Shown: positions 1 through 12,790, counted from the first letter of the whole stretch. The stretch is 63,591 nt of DNA, filler included, from Reticulomyxa filosa (GCA_000512085.1; 21 parts of 21 records of this genome joined end to end with filler, not necessarily neighbours in it), one strand, 5' to 3'. Notes: generated from the letters alone by a model not told the origin. Program-made: numbers and translations.

Positions 1-2250
1 TGTTTATACTTTATTTCAACACTTATTAAATCAGATCATTTTACTTATGAATATATCAATCATTATTACCAATACTTTTTTGAATAATTTTAATGTGTTG
101 TTTTTGTAATAATCTCCAAATCATTTAATAATGATTATTTTGAAATAAATAATCATTAACAATCTCCATTATAATATTGGATTTGTTCAAAATATTTAGA
201 ATCCAATTCCAACAATGTTCATTCATTCATTGTTATTACAGCCTTCTGTTTTATTTGTTGTAACTCCATATAATTGAAAACTTTGATTTACTTCTTCTTT
301 TTCATTTTCATTCATTTCTTCCAACCATTAACTCCTTTTTTTCTTTGGTAATATTTATATATTTGATTAATGTAATTTTATTCACTATTGGTCCATATTC
401 TATTTTTAATCCAAATATTTCGACAAAATAAATAAATAATATTTGTTTTTAAATTAAATACATCAATATTGTTTCTCATCAATCACTCCACGTAAATCAC
501 CTTGTTCCTCTCCAATTGTTAATTTTTTCCCATCACAAACCAATGGAAACTATTAATTTGGAAATATGCCATCCCAATGAATTATGTTTAAAATATCATA
601 TCATCCAATAGTTTTTGAGAAGAAGAATGAGAAGGGTCAGAATGATTTGAATCAATATTTGAATTTGAATCTAATTCAGATTCATTGGATTCATAACTGG
701 ATTCATTTTTATTTAAATCAGAATCAGATAAATTTAAATATTATTTCTTTTTCCACACACTTTCATATTTGATAATCCAAATATGTTTATGTTTAATTAG
801 TCCTTGTCAATCAAATGTAATAGAATATGATAATATAATAAATAACATATTATCCATTATGCAAATAAGAATTGATTGAAATTATGAAAAGGATAAATAT
901 TTGGATGTATAAAATGAAAAAAATGATTTATAAAAAAACTTGCACAAATAAGAATTTAATTTAAATTTGGTATGGATTTACATTGACAATTATGAAAAAA
1001 TAATTTTGAAGGAGTTAATATAATAGTAAAAGAAGAAAAAAGCATAAGAATTAAATAATGAAATCCAATATTTTGACAAAATAATATTTAATTTTTATTA
1101 TCAAATTGTTTATGTGCTAAACAATTAAATATATTTAAATCAATTACATCAATATTTTGTTAATGTATATTTTGAAAGATATTAATGCAAGTGAAGTGAT
1201 CATTTATATGCAATGAAAAAAATTAAGATAGTTGTTGTTTTTGTGTAAATGATTGTCATCTTTCAAGATATTTTCGTGATTGAATATTTTATCACAACAT
1301 TACGTACAAAAGGAAAAATAAATTGGTTGTGACAATAATTATTTTTTTTCAATGTTTCATTCATAACGTTGACTGACGTTGAAGAAAGAAAAAATTCAAG
1401 ACTTTACTTGTGGTCACAAGAAAGCATCGAAGAATATTACATTAGCTAAAAGAAAAAAAATTAAACTACGTCCCTCCCCTATGTAACTGATTTTTTTAAA
1501 ATTCAATTTCATTATGGAGATATCAATGTAAGTGAAAGTGAAATTGTTATTTACATACGATGATATTTCTATTTCGACTTTACTCCATAAAATCCTTTTA
1601 TTTTTTCAATGACTTTCTGAACAGTCAAATTACAAAAGAAAAAAAGAATTTACATTTTCAAAAATATTGTTAAGAAAGATTCAATTTTCTTTTTTTGTAT
1701 CTTTCATGTGGAGTAAATCATTGTAAAAAATTAGATAAGAAACGACTGTTGCAATAACAGTACGGATGAATGATATCATTATTCAATTGCATAAAATGTT
1801 CACAAAACACATTTGATACATTCTTTGTTGAGCATTCTACAGTAATTCATTTTAAACAATTCATCTTATTTTCTCCACTCCAAATTGATTCCAATGCTTT
1901 TGTCTCTTTGCCATCAAGTTTCATGTTGTCCGTCTATTTCTTTTTTTTTGAAGAAAGTGCACAATATGAAATGTTGTCATCGATTTCCACACTTGTTTGC
2001 ACTTCATGTTTTCTTTCATTGATAATTATTGTTTGAAATTTCTTCTTGAGTTTTTACAAACTGGAGATTTGCATTTTAATTATCAAATAACAAACATCTT
2101 TTATTTGAAAAATTATACAAGAATTGTGAGTTAAGTTCTTTTTTTTACTGTGAATGTTTAAACATCCGGAATAGGATGGTACTTTCATACCTCCACAATA
2201 TTATTTTTTTATACTCAGGGATTCTCCTGAACCATTAAGTATCAGCAGAA

Positions 2251-2350
2251 NNNNNNNNNNNNNNNNNNNNNNNNNNNNNNNNNNNNNNNNNNNNTTAATT
2301 AATTAANNNNNNNNNNNNNNNNNNNNNNNNNNNNNNNNNNNNNNNNNNNN
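2251..2350. other. Artificial contig linker (44 N + TTAATTAATTAA + 44 N), first of 20
   Basis: The 100-nt spacer has stops in all six frames. It recurs at about 4962, 6143, 9796, 12882, 22937, 26800, 28405, 32103, 34000, 39894, 42801, 47111, 49610, 51032, 52607, 53946, 57119, 58522 and 62368. Neighbouring contigs are not necessarily linked. Confidence 0.98.
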
Positions 2351-2367
2351 ATATATATGTATATAAG

Positions 2368-3071
2368 TACTTGTATTCGAAGGATCACTTCTTGGAATTC
2401 AAAAGCATCATCTCCGAGGACTACGTGCGATAGTAGTAGTAGGATTGATAATAACCCTTGGATTGAACGTGTGGGAAGCAGTGGATGCTCGATGTCTGCA
2501 GTACTACGAGAGCAAAGACTTTGATCCGATATACTCATCGAAGAAGATGAGTGGAAAGACAGTGTATTGGACCTGTCGCTATCGGACCTTGCCCTTTTTC
2601 ATTGAGGGTCTTTTCGGGGGGTTTCTCGTGTGTGGGATGAATATGACGATTGGATACATGTACATTTCGAGAATGATAGCAACAGCAACTGCTGTACGTC
2701 ACAATCAAGAACTCGACTTGGCAACTATATATCGGTCTAGCACAACACAGCTGAGTGATCAGCGACCCAGCGTTCAACAATCTAGTGTGCAGAACTCGAG
2801 TATTCACCAGACCAATGTCGTTGTCGATGGCGAAGTCAATCGTCAAAATTTGAAAATGCTTTCCCATATCAAAAAGTGCAGTATCGTTGCACTTTGCAGT
2901 ATCACCAGCACTCTTGTTTCTTTCTTTTTTACTTGGATCTTTAACTTTACTTTAATTATATATGTTGATGTGGTCTTCAATGGCATCCTTGTCATGGTTA
3001 GCTTCAATTTTGCACAAAATATTTATTATTGCATCTTTTGCTGCTGTGACTCAAAGCGAAGCTTGTCGTAA
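2368..3071 (+). CDS. Multi-pass membrane protein, 7TM/GPCR-like C-terminal part (5' truncated by contig start)
   Basis: Last exon follows AG at 2366-2367. It has several hydrophobic helices, a long polar loop, a terminal helix YVDVVFNGILVMVSF and a Cys-rich tail (YCIFCCCD) typical of helix 8/palmitoylation. Confidence 0.6.
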
Positions 3072-3605
3072 ATATTCAATTGGAAAAGAAGGAAAGGGGG
3101 GAATACATACCCTTTCTCTTATATTATTTTCCGTTTGATTGTTCCATTTGTCCAGATTTGCTTAGTTAACTATGTTCCAAACATGTTTGCAAATTTGTCA
3201 CACGTTTCCGGAAAAAGTTTTTTTTTTTTATTTTCATCTTTTTTTCTTCTCTATTTTTTTCCCTCGCCCTCTACTTTTTTTTTACAAAAACTCTTGACCA
3301 TTATCCCTTGTCTTTGGTCATTGTAATGTTCTTTTTTGAAATATATTAACTCCTTTTTTTTTTTGTATTCTTTTAAAAAATAAAAGAATTGTAATTTTCG
3401 GTTGTGTGTTCCACACAAGATTTTTTTTTAACTGTGTTGGGCTTATTGATTATGGTAAAATTTATTACTGAAATACAGCTCACTCGCAAAGCAGTCTTAA
3501 TTATCAAAAACAATTTGAACTAAAATTTATTCATACAAATTTGAAATATGATGATCATACAATTGCTAATTCAATAAAAGAAATCTAAACAAGATCAAAA
3601 CATTA

Positions 3606-3800
3606 ATAGTCCAACTTTTAAATATGTGAAGGATTTGCCTGTCAAACGCACTCAGCCTCAATATGCAATACACGAACACAAAATGTCATTTGTAGAGATG
3701 CAAATGGATACACTCCAAAACGAGCACAAGTTTATCTGTTCATATCCAAGCGACACTGAGCTATTTGAGCATCGTGCAATGAAGCTAGCTGGATGATAAC
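3606..3800 (+). pseudogene. Decayed fragment of the Kelch-like family (paralog of the gene at 6613-8785)
   Basis: With frame changes it reads PTFKYVKDLPVKRTQPQYAIHEHK..ICR..TLQNEHKFICSYPSDTEL. This aligns to FQPLKALPSPFEQAQCVLHKHEILICG..HTLKDEYEFICKYPSHVIL of ORF 7499-8785. Confidence 0.65.
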
Positions 3801-4065
3801 AACAAAGGTTACTCCGTTGTCTTTTGATTATTGTAAGCACAAACAAAATGTGAAACAGCAAGATAATACAACATCTAGAAGCAGCTGAAAGAATTTTGAA
3901 GAAATACATTAAAAGATTTAAAACGATTTTGGGTTAATGATGAAATGCTGTTAGGTGTAAGCCAGATGTTCTGAAAACAATTGAAACATAGATTAAACAA
4001 TTTACTGTGAATAAACTATTTTTATTCAAGAAAAAGTTATTTTTTTATGCAAAAAGGGTGAAATA

Positions 4066-4879
4066 TCATGCAGACGTCTCTTTTTTTTCATTGGCCCCAC
4101 TTAATATGATGGGATACCCATCTTTCAAATTCAAAATCAATCCAACTGTATATGTAGGCTTTTCACTATGAAGCGGACGAAATCTGAAATTCTTGAAAAA
4201 ATAGAAAACAAAGATTTGTGCTTCCATCAAAGCAAACTGCCTGCCAAGACATAATCTAGGATTGATATTGAAATGTGGGAAGACATGAGGTGGTGCAGTG
4301 TTTAAGCCTTGCTCACTCCAACGCATCGGATCAAATTCAGTGGCGTTGGGCCCCCAAAATTTGGTGGACCGGCCAATGGTATAATTGTGAACAGTACAGA
4401 TATCACCTTTGCGAATGATATAGCCCACCTTTTCATCTCCAATCACTGGTAATTGTACGTCTTGCTTAGCAACACGTGCCAGAGCAGGAACGCTCGGAAA
4501 CAGGCGTAAGGTTTCCAGCAAGACACAGTTAATATAATGGAGTCTATTATAAATAAATTCAAAAAAAAAAAAAGGTAAGTAAATTTTTTTAAAAAGCATT
4601 TTACGTGGATGGTATCAACTTGTTATGGACTTGATCATAAGTGATATCTGAAGCACCAATGGCATCAATTTCCGCGATAATTTTTTTGAGAATATCTGGC
4701 CGATCACTGATACAAACAAAAAACCAACCCAGCAGAGCTCGCGTGGTGTCTCTGCCCGCAATGATCATATTCAGTGCAATATCTCGTAATTCTTTACGTG
4801 TCCAATTGGGATTGTGTTGTAAATACAACGACAAGAGGTCATGACGTGTGTCGCCGCTTTCATCAAACAGTATACTTTT
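4066..4879 (-). CDS. Cytochrome P450, C-terminal half (AGRDTT type, CYP86/704/52-like clan); 5' part lost at contig end
   Basis: Motifs: I-helix IIAGRDTT, K-helix ETLR, DPMRW (PERF) and heme loop FNINPRLCLG. A GT-AG intron at 4544-4619 joins the two ORFs in frame. Confidence 0.92.
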
Positions 4880-5061
4880 CTTAGATGTTTTATATATGTA
4901 CATGTATTTATAGGTATAACCATAATTTTCCGAAAACACAACTACTTGCTTTTTTTTTTTTNNNNNNNNNNNNNNNNNNNNNNNNNNNNNNNNNNNNNNN
5001 NNNNNTTAATTAATTAANNNNNNNNNNNNNNNNNNNNNNNNNNNNNNNNNNNNNNNNNNNN

Positions 5062-6142
5062 GTGTACTCGATTGTGGTTGTCATTGCCGTTGCCACGTGT
5101 TCTCTGATCATTGACGATACGGATACTTTGTTTTTCGTTTGGATGCTCGGAGGGGCATTTAGTGGCCTGTGTTATTTCGCGTCGTCCACCCTCTTCACCG
5201 TCTATATCAATCGCTTCAACTTGTTCACTGTGTCCGGGTCGAAGGATTTGGCGAAACAGTGTATCAAGCTGTTGTCCAATCAACGAGGTTTTTTTGCTTT
5301 GTTTTTTTTATATGTATCATATAAAAGTTATTTGGCTCTCGTAAATATCGTGGGAATGAAAACAAAAATTATTAGGATATGAAGCCTTGATGGCACATTG
5401 TAGTCGTGAATTTGCGTCAGAAAATTTGTTATTTGTAACAGGTTTGATTTACTTGTATTATGTGTGCGTTATATGGAATTCTTGTTTTATTTTGACATTT
5501 GAAACATTGATTGTAATTTTTTTTTTAAAAAAAAAACAATACATTTTGATAATAATAATAATAATAATAATAAAAAATGTGCGAAGAAATTGTGCAATTC
5601 CGACGATTTTTGGTGCACAGCAAACAAATTGAGAGGAAAATACTGAAAGACAGTTGGATCTCTCGCATTCACTTGGCCAAACATGTGCCATTGTCGCCCA
5701 TCTTGCGGCCCCACTTTGAGAGCACCTATGCGAGTTTGGAAATTTCCGTGTTTTCTGCGTCTCTTTTCGACGACGGTGCTGGTCGTCGTACCAATCCCAA
5801 CACGAACGCAGATGCAAATACCAATCCCACTACCAACGCCGATCACATTCCCACCTTTTTACGCGTTTGGTCTTTGAGCTCCGTTTTCAATCGTCCTTCT
5901 TCTCGTCCTAACCAAAGCGAATTCTCAAGTTCAATAATTTTTTTAAATTTTTTTTTTTTTTTTTTTTTTTTTTTGTATGTGTTATAAATGTACGTATATA
6001 ACATATACAATTATATATTATTGTCATCATTCAAAAGTTGAAGTTTATGTATGCGGTGGGGGGGGGGCACATGACAAAAAAAAAAACGTTTCGTCAGGAC
6101 CCCATGGTGAAATGAGCGCGAATGCGAATGGCAATCTAACGG
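5062..6142 (+). CDS. Transmembrane protein fused to an RGS domain (TM-RGS), partial
   Basis: Exons 5062-5287, 5376-5441 and 5587-~5927 splice in frame to ...LLSNQRGYEALMAHCSREFASENLLFVTEIVQFRRF. This carries the RGS signature EFxxENLLF directly after two hydrophobic helices. Confidence 0.75.
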
Positions 6143-6612
6143 NNNNNNNNNNNNNNNNNNNNNNNNNNNNNNNNNNNNNNNNNNNNTTAATTAATTAANN
6201 NNNNNNNNNNNNNNNNNNNNNNNNNNNNNNNNNNNNNNNNNNCTTTTTATTGTAGTGAATAATGTATTTATTTTTTGTGCAATTTGCACTAACTGTTTTG
6301 TTTTAATTTTATTTTTGATTTATCTTATTTGAAAAAAAAAGAAAATTCCAATCATCATAATATCATCTTATCAACCTCCACAAATATTTTTTGCTAAAGA
6401 GTGTTGAACTCAACAATTTTTTTTCATTCAAGAATAAAAAAGTAGTTCACAAACCCAAAGTTAAAACTATCAAAATAAAGAAAAGCAAGATCATAAAAAA
6501 GCTATCAAAAAAATTTAAACATAACAATCCAAAATCTAAATTTTTAAAGGAAAGAAAAAAAAAAAACATTTTTACTTCTTACATTTTAAAAGAAATAATT
6601 TTATTTGATGAA

Positions 6613-8785
6613 TTATAATAATCCCCAAATTTGAATTTTACAATCATCAGATCCTGATATAATTATATTCCCATTTTGAGATACATCTACACAGTTCACA
6701 GAATCAGAATGCCCTAGCAATATTTGTACTGTCTTCCCTGATTCTAAGTCCCACAATCGAATTGTGTTATCATTTGAACACGACACAATTGTTTGAGCAT
6801 CTGGAAGATATTTTATATCATTCACATGGTGTTTATGTTCTTTCAATTTTTTTAATTGTTCTCCTGTTTCAATATTCCATATTCGAATTGTACAATCAAA
6901 TGAACATGATACAATAGATTTACCATCTGCAGAAAATCTTGCACGCCTTACACTATCAGAATGCCCTTCGAATTTTTTCAATATTTCACCAGATTCTACG
7001 TTCCACAAATTAATTGTTTTATCACTTGATGATGATGCAATCATTTTACCATCTGGTGAAAATTGTGTACTCAATATACTTTTTGGATGTTCTAATAGTT
7101 GTTTCACTTCTATTCCAGAATGTACATCCCATAATCTTATTGTTCTATCTCTCAAACCTGAAACAATATATCTTCCATCTGGAGAAAAGTCAACATCCCA
7201 TATCTGATCAAAATCTCTTGCTAATTTCATTACCTCAGTTCCTGTATTGATATCCCATAATCGAATTGTTCCATCACCTGAGCATGAAACAACAGTATGT
7301 TCATCTGGTGAAAATCTCGCAGCAATTACAAAATCGGTATGTCCTATAAAAATTTGGAGTTGTTTTCCAGATAAAACATCCCATATTCGAACAGTATGAT
7401 CACATGATGCCGAAACAATCTTGCGACAATCTGCAGAGAATCGTACACTGCTCACTGTATCTTCATGTCCTTGTAAAACCATTAATAATTCATAACCTTT
7501 AATCTATTTGAAAAATGCGAATAATATAATAACAATCATTCATATGCAAATATATATATATATATATATATATATTACGTACATAGTTGATAACAATGTT
7601 GTTAAGATCATTGACCCATCCTAATTTTATTGTTAAAGTTCGAATCCAGTGTTTAATAACAAATTGTATAATTTCCAGCTGTGAAATATCCCATATACGC
7701 GCTCTTGTCTTCATATGAGTTGATAATGTGATATTCTTTTCATCGATTCCTCCAATGATGTGTACATAAGTATTGTCTTCACTCAATATTGCAGCACAGC
7801 TCTCTAATGGACCGGGCAAAATGTTTTGAAACGTCGTCCATTTGTTTTCTTGAATTGAATACTTGTACACTGATCTTAAGACCTCTGCTTTATCATCATC
7901 CCAACAACATCCACCAAAGAACAAAACGGCGTTATTGATACACACATATGCATATTGATAGGGTGGTGAATTGCCATCACAAACAGGTAGTCGATAAAAT
8001 TCAAACCTATTCTTATTTTCATCATATTTAATTGATAATCCTATATCTTCATAAAATAATAGCATTTGATTCTTTTTTTTCGTCATTTCCTGTCCATTTT
8101 CTGGCCTTAATACAAAGCAATGATAATTAATATGTTTAAGAGTCGGTAAAATACTATGTGTAATAAATTGAAGTGTATTTAAATCAAACACGCTAATATT
8201 ATTAAAATGATAAGTAAGAAATAACAAATGGTTGTTGCTTCCACCAACCACTGCACGCACTCCACAATAATTATGATATTCATCTTGATCTCTTCCAATG
8301 ATAATTGGATTATTATTATTGTCTGTGAAAGGCACCCATTGATGGTAATTAATTGATTTCTTCGATTTCGTTGATTTATTCATTTTATTTTCATTGTTGT
8401 GATTACTCCAAACACTTACATATTTCATCACCAATGTATGTTTATTTTTTCCATTCCAAGAAGATCCAAAAGACAACAAGGTGGTTTCGTTGCTGTTTTT
8501 ACTACTATTTCTTACTAAGTTCACTACACAGTGTCCATCCAATATAACGTGGCTTGGATACTTACAAATAAACTCGTATTCGTCTTTGAGTGTATGATAA
8601 GAATAACAAGCTCTTTGTTTATATCCTCCACAAATAAGGATTTCGTGTTTGTGTAACACACATTGCGCTTGCTCAAATGGACTAGGCAAAGCCTTCAAAG
8701 GTTGAAAAGAAATTGAAGTACTATTATGTTTACTTTGTTCGGCTTGTCTTTTAGGAGGTTTTTGTGCTGAAGTTTGATTACCCAT
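6613..8785 (-). CDS. Kelch-like beta-propeller + KLGW box + WD40 repeat protein (~697 aa, 2 exons)
   Basis: Exon 8785-7583, phase-0 intron 7504-7582 (GTACGT..TAG), exon 7503-6613. The N-terminal part has Kelch-type GG/Y/W blades (ILICGG, VLFFGG, VHIIGG). The C-terminal part has about 7 GH...WD repeats. The MGNQTS start is a possible myristoylation site. Confidence 0.9.
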
Positions 8786-9029
8786 GTTGCTGAATTTTTA
8801 TTTTTTAAAAAAAAAGGGGTTTACCGCACAAAAAACGTAATACTTAAATTTTTTGTACTTAAAAAAATTAGTAACAAATTATTTGATAAAAAAAAGACTT
8901 TGTTGTTTCTTGTTGAGTTTTTGGGAAAAGAAGTTCGGTTCGAACTGTGTCATCTTAAGGGACCATTTTCCATGGCTTTGAGGGTTTTCCAATAGTCATT
9001 TGTAGTAAAGAATGCTGAAATCAGTGGTA

Positions 9030-9135
9030 TTTCAAATGTCATATGCTCTGGATCACATGATAATACAATTCGTTTTGGGATATTCGATCAAATAAAAAGG
9101 AATTGTACGTGATTAGAGAAAATAGCGAAATAATG
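9030..9135 (+). pseudogene. Decayed WD40 fragment
   Basis: With one frameshift it reads VICSGSHDNTIRF(W)DIRSNKKELYVIR. This is near-identical to the last repeat of the WD40 gene at 37715-39068. Confidence 0.7.
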
Positions 9136-10509
9136 TGTCTTACATTTTTGCTAGTATTTTATGCTAAAAATCTCACGTTCAGTTTTATTTTAAGAAAATT
9201 ACATTTTAAATTTATTCATGCACTAGAAAAAAAAAAATCTCCTCTCCATTGACTATCAGATGCATATTTTTTATCTGAGTACAATGAAGATAAGACAAAA
9301 ATGTTTTAATCGCTTTTTGAATGTAATCGTCTAATCTTATTCGTTTGTAGTACAATTTTCTTTTTTTTTTTGCTGAGCCGACACCACCGTAAAGAGGTTT
9401 TTTTTCATGTTGATACCCCTTTGCATGAAATACTAGATCCATCTCTTGATACGTGTGGAAATCGATGTACCCTTTCGATCATTGTAAGCACTTGCGTTGA
9501 ATTTATTTTTTTGATTTTAATATGTGTTTTTAAAACGAGTGTGTTCAGCATAACAACGTATATGTTGAAATGTATGTAAAATGCAGACAAACCAGAAGAT
9601 GAGCAGGAAACCAAGAGCGTGGGAGAGATGTACTCACCAGTGTACGCACCATTGATGATCCATGTGTTAGTATTGCTGATGGACAAGATTAGTAATGCTT
9701 ATATCAACATCAATGACTATGAGCCAGCAGAACAAATAGAGGACTGGTGAGGACAAAAAAAAAAAAAAAAAAAAAAAGGGGGAAAAAAAAAAAAANNNNN
9801 NNNNNNNNNNNNNNNNNNNNNNNNNNNNNNNNNNNNNNNTTAATTAATTAANNNNNNNNNNNNNNNNNNNNNNNNNNNNNNNNNNNNNNNNNNNNTACTA
9901 TGATATGAAAAGGAAGATTTCAAAGATAAAGAGAGAAAAAAACAACTGTCTCACAAATTATTCATGAAAGGACAGTCTACTAATTGCAATATGAAAACAT
10001 GTCCAAATAATTCACACTGATCAAATGCACACAGTGAACATAACTAAATTCTGTATGCATTTCACAAACTCACTCAAATAACTTGAAGTGCCTTTTTTTG
10101 ATAAGAAAGTTCATGACGTTTCTTTTGCTTTTTGATCCTGTCATAACCTTTCTTTGATTCTTTCTTGCCACTTTTTTTTGGGATCGTTTGAAACTTGTCT
10201 TTTTTTGGATGATTTTTTGCTTTTTTGTGGAAGCGCCAGTCGACAATTGGAAATGGTCCAATGAAACATAACTCATGTTTTAGATTCGTGTTTCTTATTG
10301 TACAACAGTGCTGCCAATCCATTGTTTTATTTCTAATCAAACATTTTTTAATGAAAAGGTCCTCAAGTTATTTTCTAAAAAAAGAATAACTGAAGTTTTT
10401 TCGAAATAAAAAATCACTTTATCCAAAATTTCAATTCAATTTAAAAAGAAATCCAAGCGACAACTTTTCAGCCATGTGACTTAAAAAAAAACATTTACAA
10501 TTATTAAAT

Positions 10510-11819
10510 TCAATTGTCACCTGCGGCATCGCCTCCAACACAGTCAGTTGGTGTTACTTAGAACATATAAAATAATCTTTTTCTAAAAAGCATAAATCTT
10601 CACGGCTCAGCAAATTCTAATTCTTACATAACTTCTCCTACGACTAGTGAACAAATGCACTTTGCTAGTACATTAAATCGTACTTTTGGCAATACATTTG
10701 CTGAAAGCTCCGATATCTTCGGATTCCAAAGTTACTGCTAATACTTCATTTAAATCGATCTTGAAACCAATCAGACACCGTTCGACTAAGGCAACTTTAT
10801 TATTACTCTTCAACCATTGAACTGTTGCATTGGCTTCTTTTGATTTAATGTCAATTTGATAATTCAAAGAAATAATCAGTCGATGTATTTTACAAACTAG
10901 TTCGCTGGCTTAAAGTAATTTTTTTGGAGATCGTTTGGTGTTGTTGATAAATCAACTTTGGAATAATTGTGATCGTGCCAGTGGTTATGAAATTTAAACG
11001 GATATAAAGGACTAAGTTTGCCTGAAACTCGTTTAAATTTATGTTTAATTCACCGCTAAATCGCAAAGATGCAGTCATGGCGGAGATAACTTTCTAAATT
11101 AATTTATTCAAATTATAAATCTGGTTTGGCAATTCGCAACTGTTTTTGGCAGATACAGTAAATGATATCGCTGTCTAACAATAAAAAATTTTAGTGTTAT
11201 CTAATAATAACTAGTTAGTCGCCAACAACGCATTATAATGTTAAAATACGCATTTAGACAAGTTTGGTAAGATTTAAATCTAAAAACTAATTTTTTGCTT
11301 CTTTATATAATTAACTGACAAACATTCTAAAATTAAGGCGCTAACCCTGAGACAGTGCTTATGCATACACTATCCAATCACAAAGCAATCAAGTTATCAA
11401 AATTATAAATAAGACCAATTACTTTATCAATAATTTTCTTGCCAATTGTGTAGTGACAATGAGCAAAATTATTTGCTTCGTACTATTTACTATTGACTAA
11501 AAACTCATTTAGTGATATATCCACAAAGGGCATTTTTTAAAATCATTAATAATATTTTGTTCCAAAAAACATATTTTATCTTGTTTGTTATATGTAAACG
11601 GAAAAACGAAATGTAAATAGATTACTTAACTGCAAGGCTAAGATGAACAAATCGACCAATACATGTCTCTTCAAAGAAAACTTTACAAAAGTAATCTTTT
11701 ACTTAGCTTTCTTTCCTTTTGACATTATTTTCAATTCTTTGATCTGCAGTATTGTTCCTGATGGCGTTACCTAGTTGTATGCTGGCTTGGCAGACTTCAA
11801 TTGTTAGAACTTCTATCAT
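10510..11819 (-). pseudogene. Alpha-tubulin pseudogene (divergent, Retaria alpha2-like), near full length
   Basis: Colinear motifs: [108 protein letters not shown]. There are many stops and frameshifts and an intron relic near 11630. Confidence 0.9.
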
Positions 11820-12159
11820 TTTTTAAAAATTTACCAAACAACAAATGACACAAGAAATTGAACAAAAAACAAAAGTTCTGGTTCAACATCAAAACAACAA
11901 TTGTACCTTAACCGTTGGTACTTTACATAAAAACTTATTTGAACAAGCTTTTTTTGGAACAAAGATCATTTGATACACACGTATGGTACAGTTACAAGAT
12001 TATTGAAATTTTTCTTTTTTTTTGATGAATTGAAAAAATGCTTTTTAATAAAGAAGCTTAAATAAAGAAGGTTAAATCTAAGTGAATACAATCAAATAAA
12101 GAGGAAAAAAAATGTTGATAATATCTAATTCGTTACTGTTTTATCAACAACATAACAAA

Positions 12160-12790
12160 ATGAATGTGATTATCCTTAGATAATGTATCAACGTGTGCTT
12201 CAATATGTACAAGCAATGAAAAAAATAGAGACTCAATTGGACAGAGCACACCATCCAATCACATTATATCAACTTTTACTTTTATCAATATATTTTGTCT
12301 GCCATATTGTATAAAATTTCGCAAAGAATTGGCAGACCTGCTAAAGTTGAGTTAAAAAAACTTTCATTTAAAACTGTCGTGCAATTATAGAACAGAAAGT
12401 GGTTTTGCAGACTGGTTGAAACAAAATGGTTTTGAAGAATATATCAAGGCAATTATTGAAGAAAGATAGTGTAAAGAGACGCAAGAAAGAGAGCCCAGCT
12501 AACAAAAAAACGTACAAGGAAATTAAGGATACAAAAAAGAATTTTTTATTTTATGAGTTGAGTTATTACGGCTCTGGAGTCAGTTATGACTCATGTATCA
12601 CTACAATGGGTTATTCCGAAAATAAAGATCAATATCAGAAAGAAAATGCTTTTTTTTATGTCACAAGATAATCGAACGGCATACATCAAAATATTTTAAA
12701 ATATGCTATTTTATTTTCTTATTATAAAAAGAAAAATAATGAATATTCTTTTAGAATTGCCCATTCGCGAAGCGGTTAAAGAGCGACAAA
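12160..12790 (+). pseudogene. Possible decayed U-box (CHIP/STUB1-like) E3 fragment
   Basis: Scattered pieces SGVSYD...FFYVTR and LPIREAVKE resemble the U-box SGxxYD..FDPVTR..PNLAxKE pattern. The reading frames are broken. Confidence 0.35.

Noticed and set aside
1-2250. Possible decayed minus-strand coding sequence (e.g. KLTIGEEQGDLRGVIDE near 480-530)
   Set aside because: It looks like a gene relic, but no family can be supported from the sequence.
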